Shown: piece by piece, positions 1-10,062 of the stretch
How the letters are laid out: every line of letters starts with the position of its first letter
How positions within the stretch are numbered: position 1 is the stretch's first letter
Source: Sorangiineae bacterium NIC37A_2
GTDB lineage: Bacteria > Myxococcota_A > Polyangia > Polyangiales > Polyangiaceae
Reading direction: 5' to 3'
Assembly (NCBI GenBank): GCA_002085155.1
Contig: NASX01000020.1
Location: forward strand, 29,518-61,517
Length of the DNA stretch: 32,000 nt
Position numbers and translations under genes: made by a program
The notes under the pieces: generated by a model
What the model was told of the DNA's origin: nothing
Seen by the model: only the letters and a program-made list of their open reading frames with translations
The model's database searches: none

Positions 1-2420
1 ACACCATCGATGAAAGCAGTGATCTGGTTCTCGTCGACCTCGAGAGCCAGCTTGTGCCACTTGCCGGGAGTTCCGTCGAAGCCGGCGATAGTGCCGCTCG
101 CGACGTTCTGATTCATGCGGTTCAAATACCAGCCGCCGTCTTGCCAGAGACGGAGCGTGAAGGCGGTGCCCGCGTAGCCGTGGCTGTTTCCGCCGCCTTG
201 CTGACGCGCGCCGATGCCCGCGTAGTTTCGGTCGCCTCCGACCGTTTCGAAGGTCACGTCGACGCTCGCTCGATAGTTCAGCCAGGACTTGTCGCCGATG
301 GCTGTGACGGGTTCGCCAGCGTTCCAAGCCGTGCCCATGTTGCCCTGCTGGCGGAGGACGTAGTTCTCTGAGCCGTCCGGGAGGAAGACCTCGAAGGCGC
401 CGTTTCGATCCCAGGAATAGCGGGCAATCGTGCTCTTCGGGCCTCCGCGCGTAGCGATGAACGCTTCGGTGCCCGAGAGCACACCGCCGTCGCCGATGCG
501 CCCGACCGTCAGCTTCGAATAGTCAAAGTCGTCAGCGTAGAGGATGTTGTCTTTGGTGTCGCGCTCATGTCCACTCTCGTCGGTGTCGAGGACCTGGCGT
601 TCACCTTCGACCGGGAGCGGCTGGTGAAAGGCTTCGATTTCGCGATTCGCGAGGGTCGTCACGGTGACCGCTGACCAGGGTTTGACCTCGAGAGTATAGG
701 CGCCGTCGTCCCGAGCGAGGTCGCATTGGTAGCGCATATAGTTCTCATTGAACGGGCCGTCATCCGCGGCTCGTGTCTCCCAGACCTCGAGGTGCGCCGA
801 TTCGGGGACCTTCAGGTTCGCGGTCCGGATCCGGTAATATTTGGTCTGGCTGCTGTCGTTGACCATGACCACGGAGAAGTCTGCTTTGTCCGGAGAGGCG
901 AGGGTCATGTAGCTCGGCGTACCGTTGCGCCCGTCGACGGGGTTCGTGCCCGTGGCGCCGGTGTCGCTCGCCTGAGGCACAGCGCGCCAGATCCCCGCGC
1001 TGTTGTCTTCGTTTTCCCAGCCTGTCTTGGCGAACCACGAGAAATGGCGGAGCACCTGAATTCCGGCGTCATAGTGGATCCAGCCGGACCAGGGATCGCG
1101 GGCGCTGATCAGCTCTTTGTGAGAGTATTGGCCCCCTTCGTAGAAGGAGCCGATCGCGGGCTGGTAGATGAAGAGGGTGCGCCGGGAGCGGTCGAAGCCC
1201 TTGATGATCGTATTGCCCATCTCGAGGGGCCCGCCCGCGCCGCCGATGCCGCTCTTTGAGCTCGCGTTCGGCCGGAACGAGGTGTTGCTGAAGGTGGCCT
1301 GGGCTTCGCTGTTCCAGATTTGGTGGTCGAACTGTTCGGCGAGGCGCGTGAAGTTACCGCTCCCGTCGTCGTCGGTGTTGTAGTGGAAGCCGGAAGCGCC
1401 CACGGCGGCCCGGAGCGCTGCGTCCGAGATCATCTGACCGCCAAAAGAGCCCGTGCCGACCTCGTCAGAGATGACGACCTGAATGCGGTTGTAGAGCTCG
1501 CGCTCGGCTGCGCTCTCGAAGCCTTCGGAGTCTGTGCGGACGCGACTGGCGTACTCTTTGGTCCAGGTCAGGTTCGCGGCGTGCTCGTTTTCTCCCGGAT
1601 TGACGTAGTCGACCATGTAGCCGTACTCGCGGTAAGCGGCGAGGATGGTCTCTTTGAACCAGGTGTAGAGACGATCGTTATTCGTGCCGACCCAGGCGGG
1701 CGAGTGCCAGCGCAAGATGCTGACTTTGATGTCCGGGTTGAGCTTTTTGGCGTCAGCGGCGAACTGGAACCCGGGGGCGCGGCCGACGTTCGCGGGCTCA
1801 GACGCCGAGCGTTTCGTCGCCGGATCGGGGCCCGTCGAGGTGTTGCTATCATTGCCCATCTCGAACTTGATGTGGTTCATGATGGGCCTGGGGCCGCCGA
1901 AGAGGACACGCAGGAGCTCGGCGTACTTTTCGGGGTGCCGATACTTGTAATCGAGGAGTACGGCGCTCGTGCTGTTCGCGCTCAGCACACCGAAGCCCTT
2001 GAAGGTCAGGCCATTTTTATTCTCGGAGGCGACGTCGTCGCCGTCGACGGTGATGACTGTGGGGTGATCGGCCTGGACGGGCTCACAAGCGACGGCGTCG
2101 GGGATCTTGACGGGAGGCGCGCCACCGCTTCCGTCTCCTCCTCCCTGGGCGCCGCCGGCGCCAGCTCCTCCGCTGGTCCCGCTGCCTCCGGAAGAAGCGC
2201 CGCCCGTCGCCTTCGCGCCGCCATCGGAAGTCTCTGCGTCGCCGCCGGTTCCACCGGAGCTCGGTGCGCTGCCGCTGCCGCTGCCGCTGCGTCCGCCTGT
2301 CGCTTTGGTGCCGCCGCTCGTCTCTGAGGAATCGTGTCCGGTGCCCGGGCCGTCTCTGCCGCTGCAGGCGAGGGGCGCTGTGAGGCTGAAGGCGAGCAAG
2401 AGGGCGACGTTGTGCTTCAT
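1..2420 (-). CDS. Secreted glycoside-hydrolase-like (GH59/GH30-like) lipoprotein with a Gly/Ser-rich linker and a C-terminal concanavalin/LamG-like region. The C-terminus runs off the left edge of the window.
   Basis: Not in the ORF track (no stop in window). The reverse complement from ATG 2420..2418 reads MKHNVALLLAFSLTAPLACSG (signal peptide plus Cys). Next comes a G/S/T-rich linker, then ...NGLTFKGFGVLSANSTSAVLLDYKYRHPEKYAELLRVLFGG...IKFEMGNDSNTSTG..., which is galactocerebrosidase/GH59-like. I found no stop while reading this frame down to position 1, and G/C third positions persist throughout. The + ORFs 726..1259 and 1320..2327 are antisense shadows. Confidence 0.75.
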   Translation of the reverse strand, partial: MKHNVALLLAFSLTAPLACSGRDGPGTGHDSSETSGGTKATGGRSGSGSGSAPSSGGTGGDAETSDGGAKATGGASSGGSGTSGGAGAGGAQGGGDGSGGAPPVKIPDAVACEPVQADHPTVITVDGDDVASENKNGLTFKGFGVLSANSTSAVLLDYKYRHPEKYAELLRVLFGGPRPIMNHIKFEMGNDSNTSTGPDPATKRSASEPANVGRAPGFQFAADAKKLNPDIKVSILRWHSPAWVGTNNDRLYTWFKETILAAYREYGYMVDYVNPGENEHAANLTWTKEYASRVRTDSEGFESAAERELYNRIQVVISDEVGTGSFGGQMISDAALRAAVGASGFHYNTDDDGSGNFTRLAEQFDHQIWNSEAQATFSNTSFRPNASSKSGIGGAGGPLEMGNTIIKGFDRSRRTLFIYQPAIGSFYEGGQYSHKELISARDPWSGWIHYDAGIQVLRHFSWFAKTGWENEDNSAGIWRAVPQASDTGATGTNPVDGRNGTPSYMTLASPDKADFSVVMVNDSSQTKYYRIRTANLKVPESAHLEVWETRAADDGPFNENYMRYQCDLARDDGAYTLEVKPWSAVTVTTLANREIEAFHQPLPVEGERQVLDTDESGHERDTKDNILYADDFDYSKLTVGRIGDGGVLSGTEAFIATRGGPKSTIARYSWDRNGAFEVFLPDGSENYVLRQQGNMGTAWNAGEPVTAIGDKSWLNYRASVDVTFETVGGDRNYAGIGARQQGGGNSHGYAGTAFTLRLWQDGGWYLNRMNQNVASGTIAGFDGTPGKWHKLALEVDENQITAFIDG

Positions 2421-2607
2421 CGGAGAGGATTCAAGCGACGCTGCGGGCGCGCAGGGAGAGGAAATTTATCTCACGTCTCTCGCTTTTCCGGCAGCCGAAA
2501 GGGCCGCTGATCTGCTCTGTGAACGCACACATTCAGCACTCCCCCGGAACGTTTGCGGTCAGCACGGACGATTCCGCGCTGACGCGAGGTGCTCGGGGCG
2601 AAAGCTG

Positions 2608-2637
2608 TTTACATCTTAAAGGGGACACTTTGATACT
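2608..2637 (+). promoter_or_regulatory. Putative sigma70-like promoter for the CAP-domain gene; would give a near-leaderless mRNA
   Basis: TTTACA (2608-2613), 18-nt spacer, GATACT (2632-2637). This sits in the only AT-rich patch of the divergent intergenic region, with ATG at 2647. Hexamer match only. Confidence 0.3.
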
Positions 2638-2646
2638 GAAGGGACG

Positions 2647-3468
2647 ATGCGGGCTTGGTGGATGAGTTGGGTGGCGCTCGTGGTGGCCTGTAGTGCGACG
2701 CCGGATCCGGAAGCGGACGACGCGAGCTCGGGCGGCTCGCCGGGGGCGGAGAGCGGTGGTCAGGGGGCCACCGGTGGGGCGCCTTTGAGCGGAAGCGGGG
2801 GCGCTGGTGGCGGAGCGAGCGGAGGTGAGACCGCGAGCGGAGGGCAAGTGACGAGTGGAGGCGCCTCCGCGAGCGATGGTGGTTCAGGGAACCCCGCGGG
2901 CGGGCGCGACGGCAGCGGCGGAAGAGGACCGTCGATCGGCGGCGGTCCGCCAGGCGGGAGCGGAGGAATGCCTGGGAACGGTGGCGCACAAGGCAGCGGC
3001 GGAGACTCGGGCGACTGCGTCCCGAACATCGCGTGTAAGCTCGACCCTCCACCGAGCACCGGCGACCTCTATCAGGACTGCGTCGATCGCATCAATCAGT
3101 TCCGGACCGAGTGCGCGTGCTTGCCCCCGCTCGAGCGGCGTATGGACGGCGAAGCCTGCGCCGATCAGATGGCGGAATATGATGCGGGCGTGAACCAGGC
3201 CCACGCCGGAGCCATAGCCAAAATCTGTCAGCCCGGCGGAGCTCAAAATGAGTGTCCGGGGTATTCTTCAAACGCTCAGGTGATCGGCCTCTGTCTGCAG
3301 CAGATGTGGGACGAAGGACCGCCGCCCGTCGAGCCCTGTGAGGGGGAGTGTTTCCAAACATACGGCCACTTCATCAACATGACGGATCTGTCGATGAAGC
3401 GCGTCGCTTGCGGCTTCTACACGACGGCGTCGGGCAAGGTCTGGGCCGTGCAGAACTTCACGCGGTGA
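2647..3468 (+). CDS. CAP/SCP (cysteine-rich secretory protein family) domain lipoprotein with a Gly/Ser-rich linker
   Basis: N-terminus WVALVVAC is lipobox-like. It is followed by a long GGS/GGA linker. The Cys-rich C-terminal domain has RINQFRTECACLPPLER ... YGHFINMTDLSMKRVACGFYT...VWAVQNF, typical of SCP/CAP domains. Confidence 0.75.
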   Translation: MRAWWMSWVALVVACSATPDPEADDASSGGSPGAESGGQGATGGAPLSGSGGAGGGASGGETASGGQVTSGGASASDGGSGNPAGGRDGSGGRGPSIGGGPPGGSGGMPGNGGAQGSGGDSGDCVPNIACKLDPPPSTGDLYQDCVDRINQFRTECACLPPLERRMDGEACADQMAEYDAGVNQAHAGAIAKICQPGGAQNECPGYSSNAQVIGLCLQQMWDEGPPPVEPCEGECFQTYGHFINMTDLSMKRVACGFYTTASGKVWAVQNFTR

Positions 3469-3626
3469 GAGGCGCGGAAGTTGGAGCGCTGACCGCGTTC
3501 GTGAAGGTAGAGGGAGCTGCCAAGATGGGATGCACCAGGTCGCCCAAGGAAACGGCTGGTTGTGGACCCCGACCAGGACCTGCTGGAAAGACAGATTGTG
3601 CGGGCTACCGAGGTTCGATCCGAGAC

Positions 3627-3655
3627 AAGGCCGCCCCGTGGGACGGAGCGGCCTT
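3627..3655. terminator. GC-rich hairpin between convergent genes; candidate bidirectional terminator
   Basis: AAGGCCGC-c-CCGT-ggg-ACGG-a-GCGGCCTT: 12 bp of stem with one 1x1 mismatch. It lies 14 nt beyond the stop of the minus-strand gene ending at 3669. No U-tract. Confidence 0.4.
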
Positions 3656-3668
3656 CGGCACGACGCTC

Positions 3669-5519
3669 TTATGTGTCGCTACCCGTGAGGAACTGCGTGG
3701 CACGTTCGCGGAGCGTCGGATCGGGGTCGTTGTTCGCGACCCAGTCGACGATGGGGTAAGCGGGCGAGTCGGGGTCGAACCCACCTTGAGTTATCGCGGT
3801 GAGGGCGGCGTCTCTGACTGCTGCTTCCGGTTCGACTTGGACCGCCTTGAGGATACCATCGGCGAGGGGCGCGTTGAGCTCACGGTAGCTAATCGCGCTG
3901 CTGGCGGCCATGCGCACCTCTGGTTGAGGATCGCTCGTCATGACCGAAACGATACGGCCGTCGACCTCCGCGCCGGGTACCTCGCGTAAAGCGAAGACGG
4001 CTGAATGGCGGACCATGGGATCGGTCGAAGTGAGGCCCTCTACAATCGCCGGGAAAGCTTTCAGGCTGGCGGTGTTTCCGAGAGCTAGCATCGAGTTGGC
4101 CTTGTCGATGGGAGTCGAGGCCGTCTTGGAGAGCTCGATGAGCTGCTCGAAGGCTTGAGTCTGCGTCTCGCTTCCCCCCGACTCTGCACCGCGACGCAGG
4201 GCGTTCCCGAGCGAGGTGATCGATTGAGGCCGGAGGGGGCCGGACGTCTCATCGGAACTCAAGGCAGCAAGCGTCGAGATGACGTCGTCGCTCGGGGACT
4301 CGACGGAGCCCAGGTGAGTAATGGAGTATTCGCGGGTTTCGGGGTCGAGGCCCTGGTCGTTCACGAGCTCAATGAGCTGGGACTCGGCTTCCGGACCGCT
4401 CGCCATGCTCATAGCACCCATGAGCGGCTCCGCCTTGTTCACAGGCAGACCTCTTTGGATCTCGGCGCGAGCGAGTCGGAGCGCCTCAGGGTTGGTTCTG
4501 AATAAGATTGTCAGCAAGGTGACGGCCTCCCGCGCTCCATCGACATCCTGGTTGTCGATGGCAGTGGACAGGGCATTCAGAAGCTCCGGGTAGGTGCGTC
4601 CTCCGAGTCGCTCACGATCGTCGTCGCTCACCTCGCGCGAGGCCTTGGCTTTAAGCGTGGTCAAATGACTTCCGTCGAGGGGGAAGAGTTTCCAGTCTTG
4701 GTACTTTTTGATCGGGTTCTTTGCGGTCCCCTCGCGGATGCGCTTGAGGTCCGTCGTTACCGTTACTATCAGAGCACCTTCGCTGAAGTTTGTCTCTTCC
4801 ACGTAATGGCTGGCCACGATGCGCTCGGCGGCGTCGAGTGTGAGTTCGCCGTGAAGACCAAAGGTCGCGAGACCTACCTCGACCTGCGCACCTTGCGCGG
4901 TAGCGTAGCGGCACCGCGTGGACTTTTTGCTCAAGACGGTGGGCTTGGTTTGGGTGTAGTTGACCTGGCAGGGGCCGACAGTGCTGGGTTCACCGGTGCG
5001 ATCGGGCGCCGCGCTGTTCACCTGGAGAGCTGCGAGGGTCGAGCGAAGGTGCGCCCATGAGCCATCCTGCTCGATTTCAGGGAAGCCGGCGAGAGTGATG
5101 CTTCCGTCCGCGCCGGTTTTAAAGCGGAAGGGACTTTCAGCGCGCTGCCGAAGGCGGAGGATCGCCGGGGCCATGTCTTCAGGGGTGCCTTGGAGGAGGC
5201 GGACCTCGGCAGAGTGCGTGCGACCGACGGTGTCACCAGCCGGAGCAGGGGCGAGTTGATAGAGGTCGAGCTCGCCCTTGAGCTCGATGCTCCACATGAC
5301 GACGCCGCGAGCTTTTGCGACGGCGACCTGCCTCCATTGGTAGGTGAGGTGAGGGACCTCAATCGCGAGTCTGTCCTCCTCGGCGTCCCTGTCTTGAGCC
5401 GACTCCGCAGGGGCGTTTGGCGCGAGCCAAAATGCTCCGGACGGTACTGTGCGAGCTAGGAAAAACGTCGAGACGCCACCGGCAACTAGCAGCCACGGAA
5501 GAACTTGTTTCGTTTTCAT
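3669..5519 (-). CDS. Signal-anchored protein with C-terminal HEAT/PBS-lyase-like repeats; N-terminal half of unknown, beta-rich fold
   Basis: ATG at 5519. N-terminal hydrophobic segment LPWLLVAGGVSTFFLA. C-terminal repeats DPMVRHSAVFALREV, DPQPEVRMAASSAI, EAAVRDAALTAI and DPDPTLRERATQFL. Confidence 0.75.
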   Translation of the reverse strand: MKTKQVLPWLLVAGGVSTFFLARTVPSGAFWLAPNAPAESAQDRDAEEDRLAIEVPHLTYQWRQVAVAKARGVVMWSIELKGELDLYQLAPAPAGDTVGRTHSAEVRLLQGTPEDMAPAILRLRQRAESPFRFKTGADGSITLAGFPEIEQDGSWAHLRSTLAALQVNSAAPDRTGEPSTVGPCQVNYTQTKPTVLSKKSTRCRYATAQGAQVEVGLATFGLHGELTLDAAERIVASHYVEETNFSEGALIVTVTTDLKRIREGTAKNPIKKYQDWKLFPLDGSHLTTLKAKASREVSDDDRERLGGRTYPELLNALSTAIDNQDVDGAREAVTLLTILFRTNPEALRLARAEIQRGLPVNKAEPLMGAMSMASGPEAESQLIELVNDQGLDPETREYSITHLGSVESPSDDVISTLAALSSDETSGPLRPQSITSLGNALRRGAESGGSETQTQAFEQLIELSKTASTPIDKANSMLALGNTASLKAFPAIVEGLTSTDPMVRHSAVFALREVPGAEVDGRIVSVMTSDPQPEVRMAASSAISYRELNAPLADGILKAVQVEPEAAVRDAALTAITQGGFDPDSPAYPIVDWVANNDPDPTLRERATQFLTGSDT

Positions 5520-5546
5520 GATATGTCCCTCACCACACTTCTCAGA

Positions 5547-6521
5547 TCACCAGGCGTCCCCCGCATCGGACATGACCAGGATGCCGTAGTCGGCCCACTT
5601 CTTCTGGTAGGATGCGAGCGAGGGCCAGCTCGCGAGCGTCTTGGCGCCTTTTAGGCCACCAAAAAGCCATTCGACTAGCTGGTAGCTGGCTATGATCTGT
5701 CCTGACCCGGAGCCGACCGAGTATGCTCCTGTAAGGGTATACCCTCGTCGTACATCCTTGCCGCTGTTGTGGGCGAGGTGAGTGCTTCCGTCGACCGACG
5801 CGGTGAGCGAAACGATGGTGAACTGAGCTGTGAATGAAGCTGCGGCGACGTTGGGATGGCCGACCGAAAGCTGGCCGTAGAGCGACAGACCACCGCTCGT
5901 CTTCAGAGTTGTTCTGCTCAGGTAGTTGCTCTTCTCCACGCTGCCCTTCGTTACGGCGGCGCTTCCGAAGGCCTCACTTGATGCGGTCCCGGTGGCCCCG
6001 ACGGAGAACTCGATCGGGTATACGCCCAGGACCAGAAAAGGGACACTGAGGAATCGATAGCCTTGGGTGAGTTGTTTGACCTGTCTGACCTCGTGGATGA
6101 GGTTGGACGCGTTGCTCTTGTCGACGCTTACTTGCAGCGGAAGCGATTGGCCGAAGAAGGTGTGAACAACGTTGGCTGTGGCGGAGGGGACGCGGTTCTG
6201 TCCTTTGTTCCAGCTTGATTGTGAGTAGGCGAGGACTTGCGAATGGATGACAGGTTTGGTGGTTGAGTTGTATCCGACGTTGACAGCCCGCGTGGAGATG
6301 TTCAGTGCGACCGCGCTCGAGGCATTGTCTACAATGGTTTCGCTGTTTGATTCGGTGTACGACGTTGAATAGTCGCTGACTTTCCGCACCTGGCTGGGTG
6401 CGTTCGTAGTTGTGGACCTCTGGACCGCCGCCCACGCCGACGAGGACGACAAAAGGACCGCCACGGCGAGGGTGGACGCTTTGAGCAGGCCGCGCTTGGC
6501 CCTCAAAGAATATTGAGACAT
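5547..6521 (-). CDS. Ser/Thr-rich secreted hypothetical protein
   Basis: I prefer the internal ATG 6521..6519, which is preceded by GGAGAATCAC (SD GGAG). It is followed by a signal peptide KRGLLKASTLAVAVLLSSSSAWA|AV. The gene ends 27 nt upstream of the HEAT-repeat gene on the same strand. It is visibly less GC-rich than its neighbours. No family recognised. Confidence 0.65.
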   Translation of the reverse strand: MSQYSLRAKRGLLKASTLAVAVLLSSSSAWAAVQRSTTTNAPSQVRKVSDYSTSYTESNSETIVDNASSAVALNISTRAVNVGYNSTTKPVIHSQVLAYSQSSWNKGQNRVPSATANVVHTFFGQSLPLQVSVDKSNASNLIHEVRQVKQLTQGYRFLSVPFLVLGVYPIEFSVGATGTASSEAFGSAAVTKGSVEKSNYLSRTTLKTSGGLSLYGQLSVGHPNVAAASFTAQFTIVSLTASVDGSTHLAHNSGKDVRRGYTLTGAYSVGSGSGQIIASYQLVEWLFGGLKGAKTLASWPSLASYQKKWADYGILVMSDAGDAW

Positions 6522-6784
6522 GTGATTCTCCCTGTTGTTGGTTGGTGGAGCAGTTCTTTCGCCAACGCTCAAAGGAGCGAGCGGCTAACTGCTGTTGCTT
6601 GTGTAAGAGCGCCCGAGAAATCTCGCAAGCACCTCTCGCACAAATTGCCTTGAGAAACCGGGGCGCGCTGTGTGTGGTCGAAAATGGTGTGCGGTATGGG
6701 TTTGTTGGGAGAATCATGGGTTGTGGAGGTGTTGTGAGCGGCGCGCTCTGTGTTGCCGGGGCGCGGTGGCACGACTAAGAGATT

Positions 6785-9700
6785 GCTTCGACGGGGCTCT
6801 CGTGAGTTCACGAGAGAAGGGCGATCAAGCTTGCGACGGCGAACGCCGAGGCCGAAAAAGCTTCAATGGGGCTCTCGTGAGTTCACGAGAGAAGGTGGTG
6901 GAGGCGAACGCACTCGTCGAAGCGAGAATGCTCATCGCTTCAATGGGGCTCTCGTGAGTTCACGAGAGAAGGTCGGCACCGGACGCTTACTATCAAGCAG
7001 TTTGGCTGGCTTCAATGGGGCTCTCGTGAGTTCACGAGAGAAGGACAACACGCAATCGGAAAACTCGTCATGGCCATCGGAGCGCTTCAATGGGGCTCTC
7101 GTGAGTTCACGAGAGAAGGAGCCCGAAATCTCCGTCTGGCAGGAACGCGTTGGTCTGCTTCAATGGGGCTCTCGTGAGTTCACGAGAGAAGGGCGAAAGA
7201 CGCGAAAGAGCCTGCCGAGCCGTCGTCTCCCGCTTCAATGGGGCTCTCGTGAGTTCACGAGAGAAGGCTCGAGTACTCCATCGAGGAGGAGGACGGACGG
7301 TCCATCGGGCTTCAATGGGGCTCTCGTGAGTTCACGAGAGAAGGATCGGCAGCGGCGGCTTCTTGTTCCGAGATCGTGAGCACGCTTCAATGGGGCTCTC
7401 GTGAGTTCACGAGAGAAGGGAGCTCGAGTTCAGCGCTCTCGACGGGTCCGGCGCCAGCTTCAATGGGGCTCTCGTGAGTTCACGAGAGAAGGGGAAGGGA
7501 GCACCGCGCAATAACGCGCGACACCACATAAGCTTCAATGGGGCTCTCGTGAGTTCACGAGAGAAGGGTTAACCCGATCGATAACACTCGGCCCTTTTGC
7601 GATAGGCTTCAATGGGGCTCTCGTGAGTTCACGAGAGAAGGCATCTCCTTCATGCGCGCACTCTCAAGGCAAACGTAGCTTCAATGGGGCTCTCGTGAGT
7701 TCACGAGAGAAGGGCGGGTCGGCGCTGGTGGTCAGGGATGGCGGTGAGGGGCTTCAATGGGGCTCTCGTGAGTTCACGAGAGAAGGTCGCGCGGTATGTC
7801 TCGGGGCGTGAGTCGGATCGACGCTTCAATGGGGCTCTCGTGAGTTCACGAGAGAAGGTACAGCATCGACGCGGCCGCGCGAGAAGTCAGCAGGCTTCAA
7901 TGGGGCTCTCGTGAGTTCACGAGAGAAGGTTTTGCGCGTGTCAGCATGCGGACCGATGGCAACAGCTTCAATGGGGCTCTCGTGAGTTCACGAGAGAAGG
8001 CAATTGTCAGCACTGGAGTTGATTGACAGGATGATCGCTTCAATGGGGCTCTCGTGAGTTCACGAGAGAAGGTAGCAGACCTGGGCTCCCTTCTTGACCG
8101 CGACTTCGCGCTTCAATGGGGCTCTCGTGAGTTCACGAGAGAAGGCTTTTCGAGGAGGTGGCGCCGCAGTACAAAAACCTCGCTTCAATGGGGCTCTCGT
8201 GAGTTCACGAGAGAAGGAGAGCTCATCGAGGCGCGCGCGTGCGCCCGTGAGCAGGCTTCAATGGGGCTCTCGTGAGTTCACGAGAGAAGGCTAGCCGACA
8301 GTGCCCCCGTTTCGGCGGGGGCGCGCTTGCTTCAATGGGGCTCTCGTGAGTTCACGAGAGAAGGAACTTGAGGAACACCTCCGAGCCGCCGCGGTTTTTC
8401 CAGCTTCAATGGGGCTCTCGTGAGTTCACGAGAGAAGGATTCACGCCAACGCGCTCACGCTCAACCCCGGCGTGCTTCAATGGGGCTCTCGTGAGTTCAC
8501 GAGAGAAGGGTGGAGGTTCCCGTAGGAGCTGGCGACGATCTCAGCGAGGCGCTTCAATGGGGCTCTCGTGAGTTCACGAGAGAAGGACGCGCCCCCATCC
8601 TCCGCGCCCACCGACGAGGTGGCTTCAATGGGGCTCTCGTGAGTTCACGAGAGAAGGACCTCACTCCCTCTCACCTCCGGCAATCGCCAACTCCTCGCTT
8701 CAATGGGGCTCTCGTGAGTTCACGAGAGAAGGGATGACAAGCAGCTGGAGCACGAAGAGCAGCAGAACGGGCTTCAATGGGGCTCTCGTGAGTTCACGAG
8801 AGAAGGACCGCCTCGCCCGTCTCTGGGCGCTCTCCCTCACCTGGACCGCTTCAATGGGGCTCTCGTGAGTTCACGAGAGAAGGGCCCAGAGGACCTCAGG
8901 CCGCGCCCTACGTCATTCCCGCTTCAATGGGGCTCTCGTGAGTTCACGAGAGAAGGTTCGAGCGAGCGCCCTGGTATTCAGGGCGCTCGACGAGCTTCAA
9001 TGGGGCTCTCGTGAGTTCACGAGAGAAGGAGGGAGGAATCGTTCGCCCGCGTCAGCGAGCGCGTAATGCTTCAATGGGGCTCTCGTGAGTTCACGAGAGA
9101 AGGTCGACGTGTCCCATTCCCGAAGTCACCGGAGCAGCGCTTCAATGGGGCTCTCGTGAGTTCACGAGAGAAGGTTGCGATCTCGCGGCCGTCGATAACG
9201 TCCACGACAAGCTTCAATGGGGCTCTCGTGAGTTCACGAGAGAAGGCTACGCCCACGCAAGCCCACGTAAGCCCAAAGCGCGCAGCTTCAATGGGGCTCT
9301 CGTGAGTTCACGAGAGAAGGTCGCGGCATAGACGATGTCATCCCAGAGGCGACCGAGGCTTCAATGGGGCTCTCGTGAGTTCACGAGAGAAGGACCTGGA
9401 TCGCGCGATTTCAGGGCTCGTTCAACACGGTCGCTTCAATGGGGCTCTCGTGAGTTCACGAGAGAAGGCGCCATGGCGGCGCCGCGCGCCTCGATACCCA
9501 CGGCCTTGCTTCAATGGGGCTCTCGTGAGTTCACGAGAGAAGGTTCTGCGGTCTTCGCGTGCGAGCATTGTGGCGCGCACAGCTTCAATGGGGCTCTCGT
9601 GAGTTCACGAGAGAAGGTCACGAAGTGCTGTCATGCTTGCTCAGCTCGCGCGCTTGCTTCAATGGGGCTCTCGTGAGTTCACGAGAGAAGGATCACGGTG

Positions 9701-10062
9701 CTGTAGTCGCTCGCCGTCCCAGACTTCTAGGCTTCAATGGGGCTCTCGTGAGTTCACGAGAGAAGGATCTCCAATGCGGGCTCGTCACTCTGCTCGACGA
9801 GCCGCTTCAATGGGGCTCTCGTGAGTTCACGAGAGAAGGAAGGGCCGGGGGGTTCGCTTTGTCCTCGACCGCTCAGCTTCAATGGGGCTCTCGTGAGTTC
9901 ACGAGAGAAGGGGGCGAGCGGCGCGGCTGCTTGAGCTCGCCGAAGCCATCGCTTCAATGGGGCTCTCGTGAGTTCACGAGAGAAGGTAGTGAGAGAGGGG
10001 GGCGCCCCCTCCGCCCAAACGCCCAAGCTTCAATGGGGCTCTCGTGAGTTCACGAGAGAAGG
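6785..10062 (-). CRISPR. CRISPR array with 45 repeats of 36 nt and 44 spacers of 35-41 nt, transcribed on the minus strand
   Basis: The + strand repeat is GCTTCAATGGGGCTCTCGTGAGTTCACGAGAGAAGG. I hand-located starts at 6785, 6860, 6937, 7009 ... 9876, 9951, 10027, with a period of 71-77 nt. It contains an internal 9-bp inverted repeat CTCTCGTGA/TCACGAGAG. In minus orientation the repeat ends ...CCCCATTGAAGC, close to the ATTGAAAC/G-type 8-nt tag. The repeat farthest from cas2 (6785-6820) has two mismatches (GCTTCgAcGGGG), as expected for a trailer-end repeat. Confidence 0.97.

Noticed and set aside
54-2619. Plus-strand ORFs 54..371, 726..1259, 1320..2327 and 2107..2619
   Set aside because: They are opposite the unlisted minus-strand glycoside-hydrolase-like gene (1..2420), which has a signal peptide and recognisable catalytic-domain motifs.
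3605-3626. tRNA T-loop-like string GGTTCGATCC in the 3469-3668 intergenic region
   Set aside because: The flanking bases (CGAGG / CGAGA) cannot form a T-stem, and no acceptor or anticodon arms can be drawn. It may at most be a chance match or a decayed fragment.
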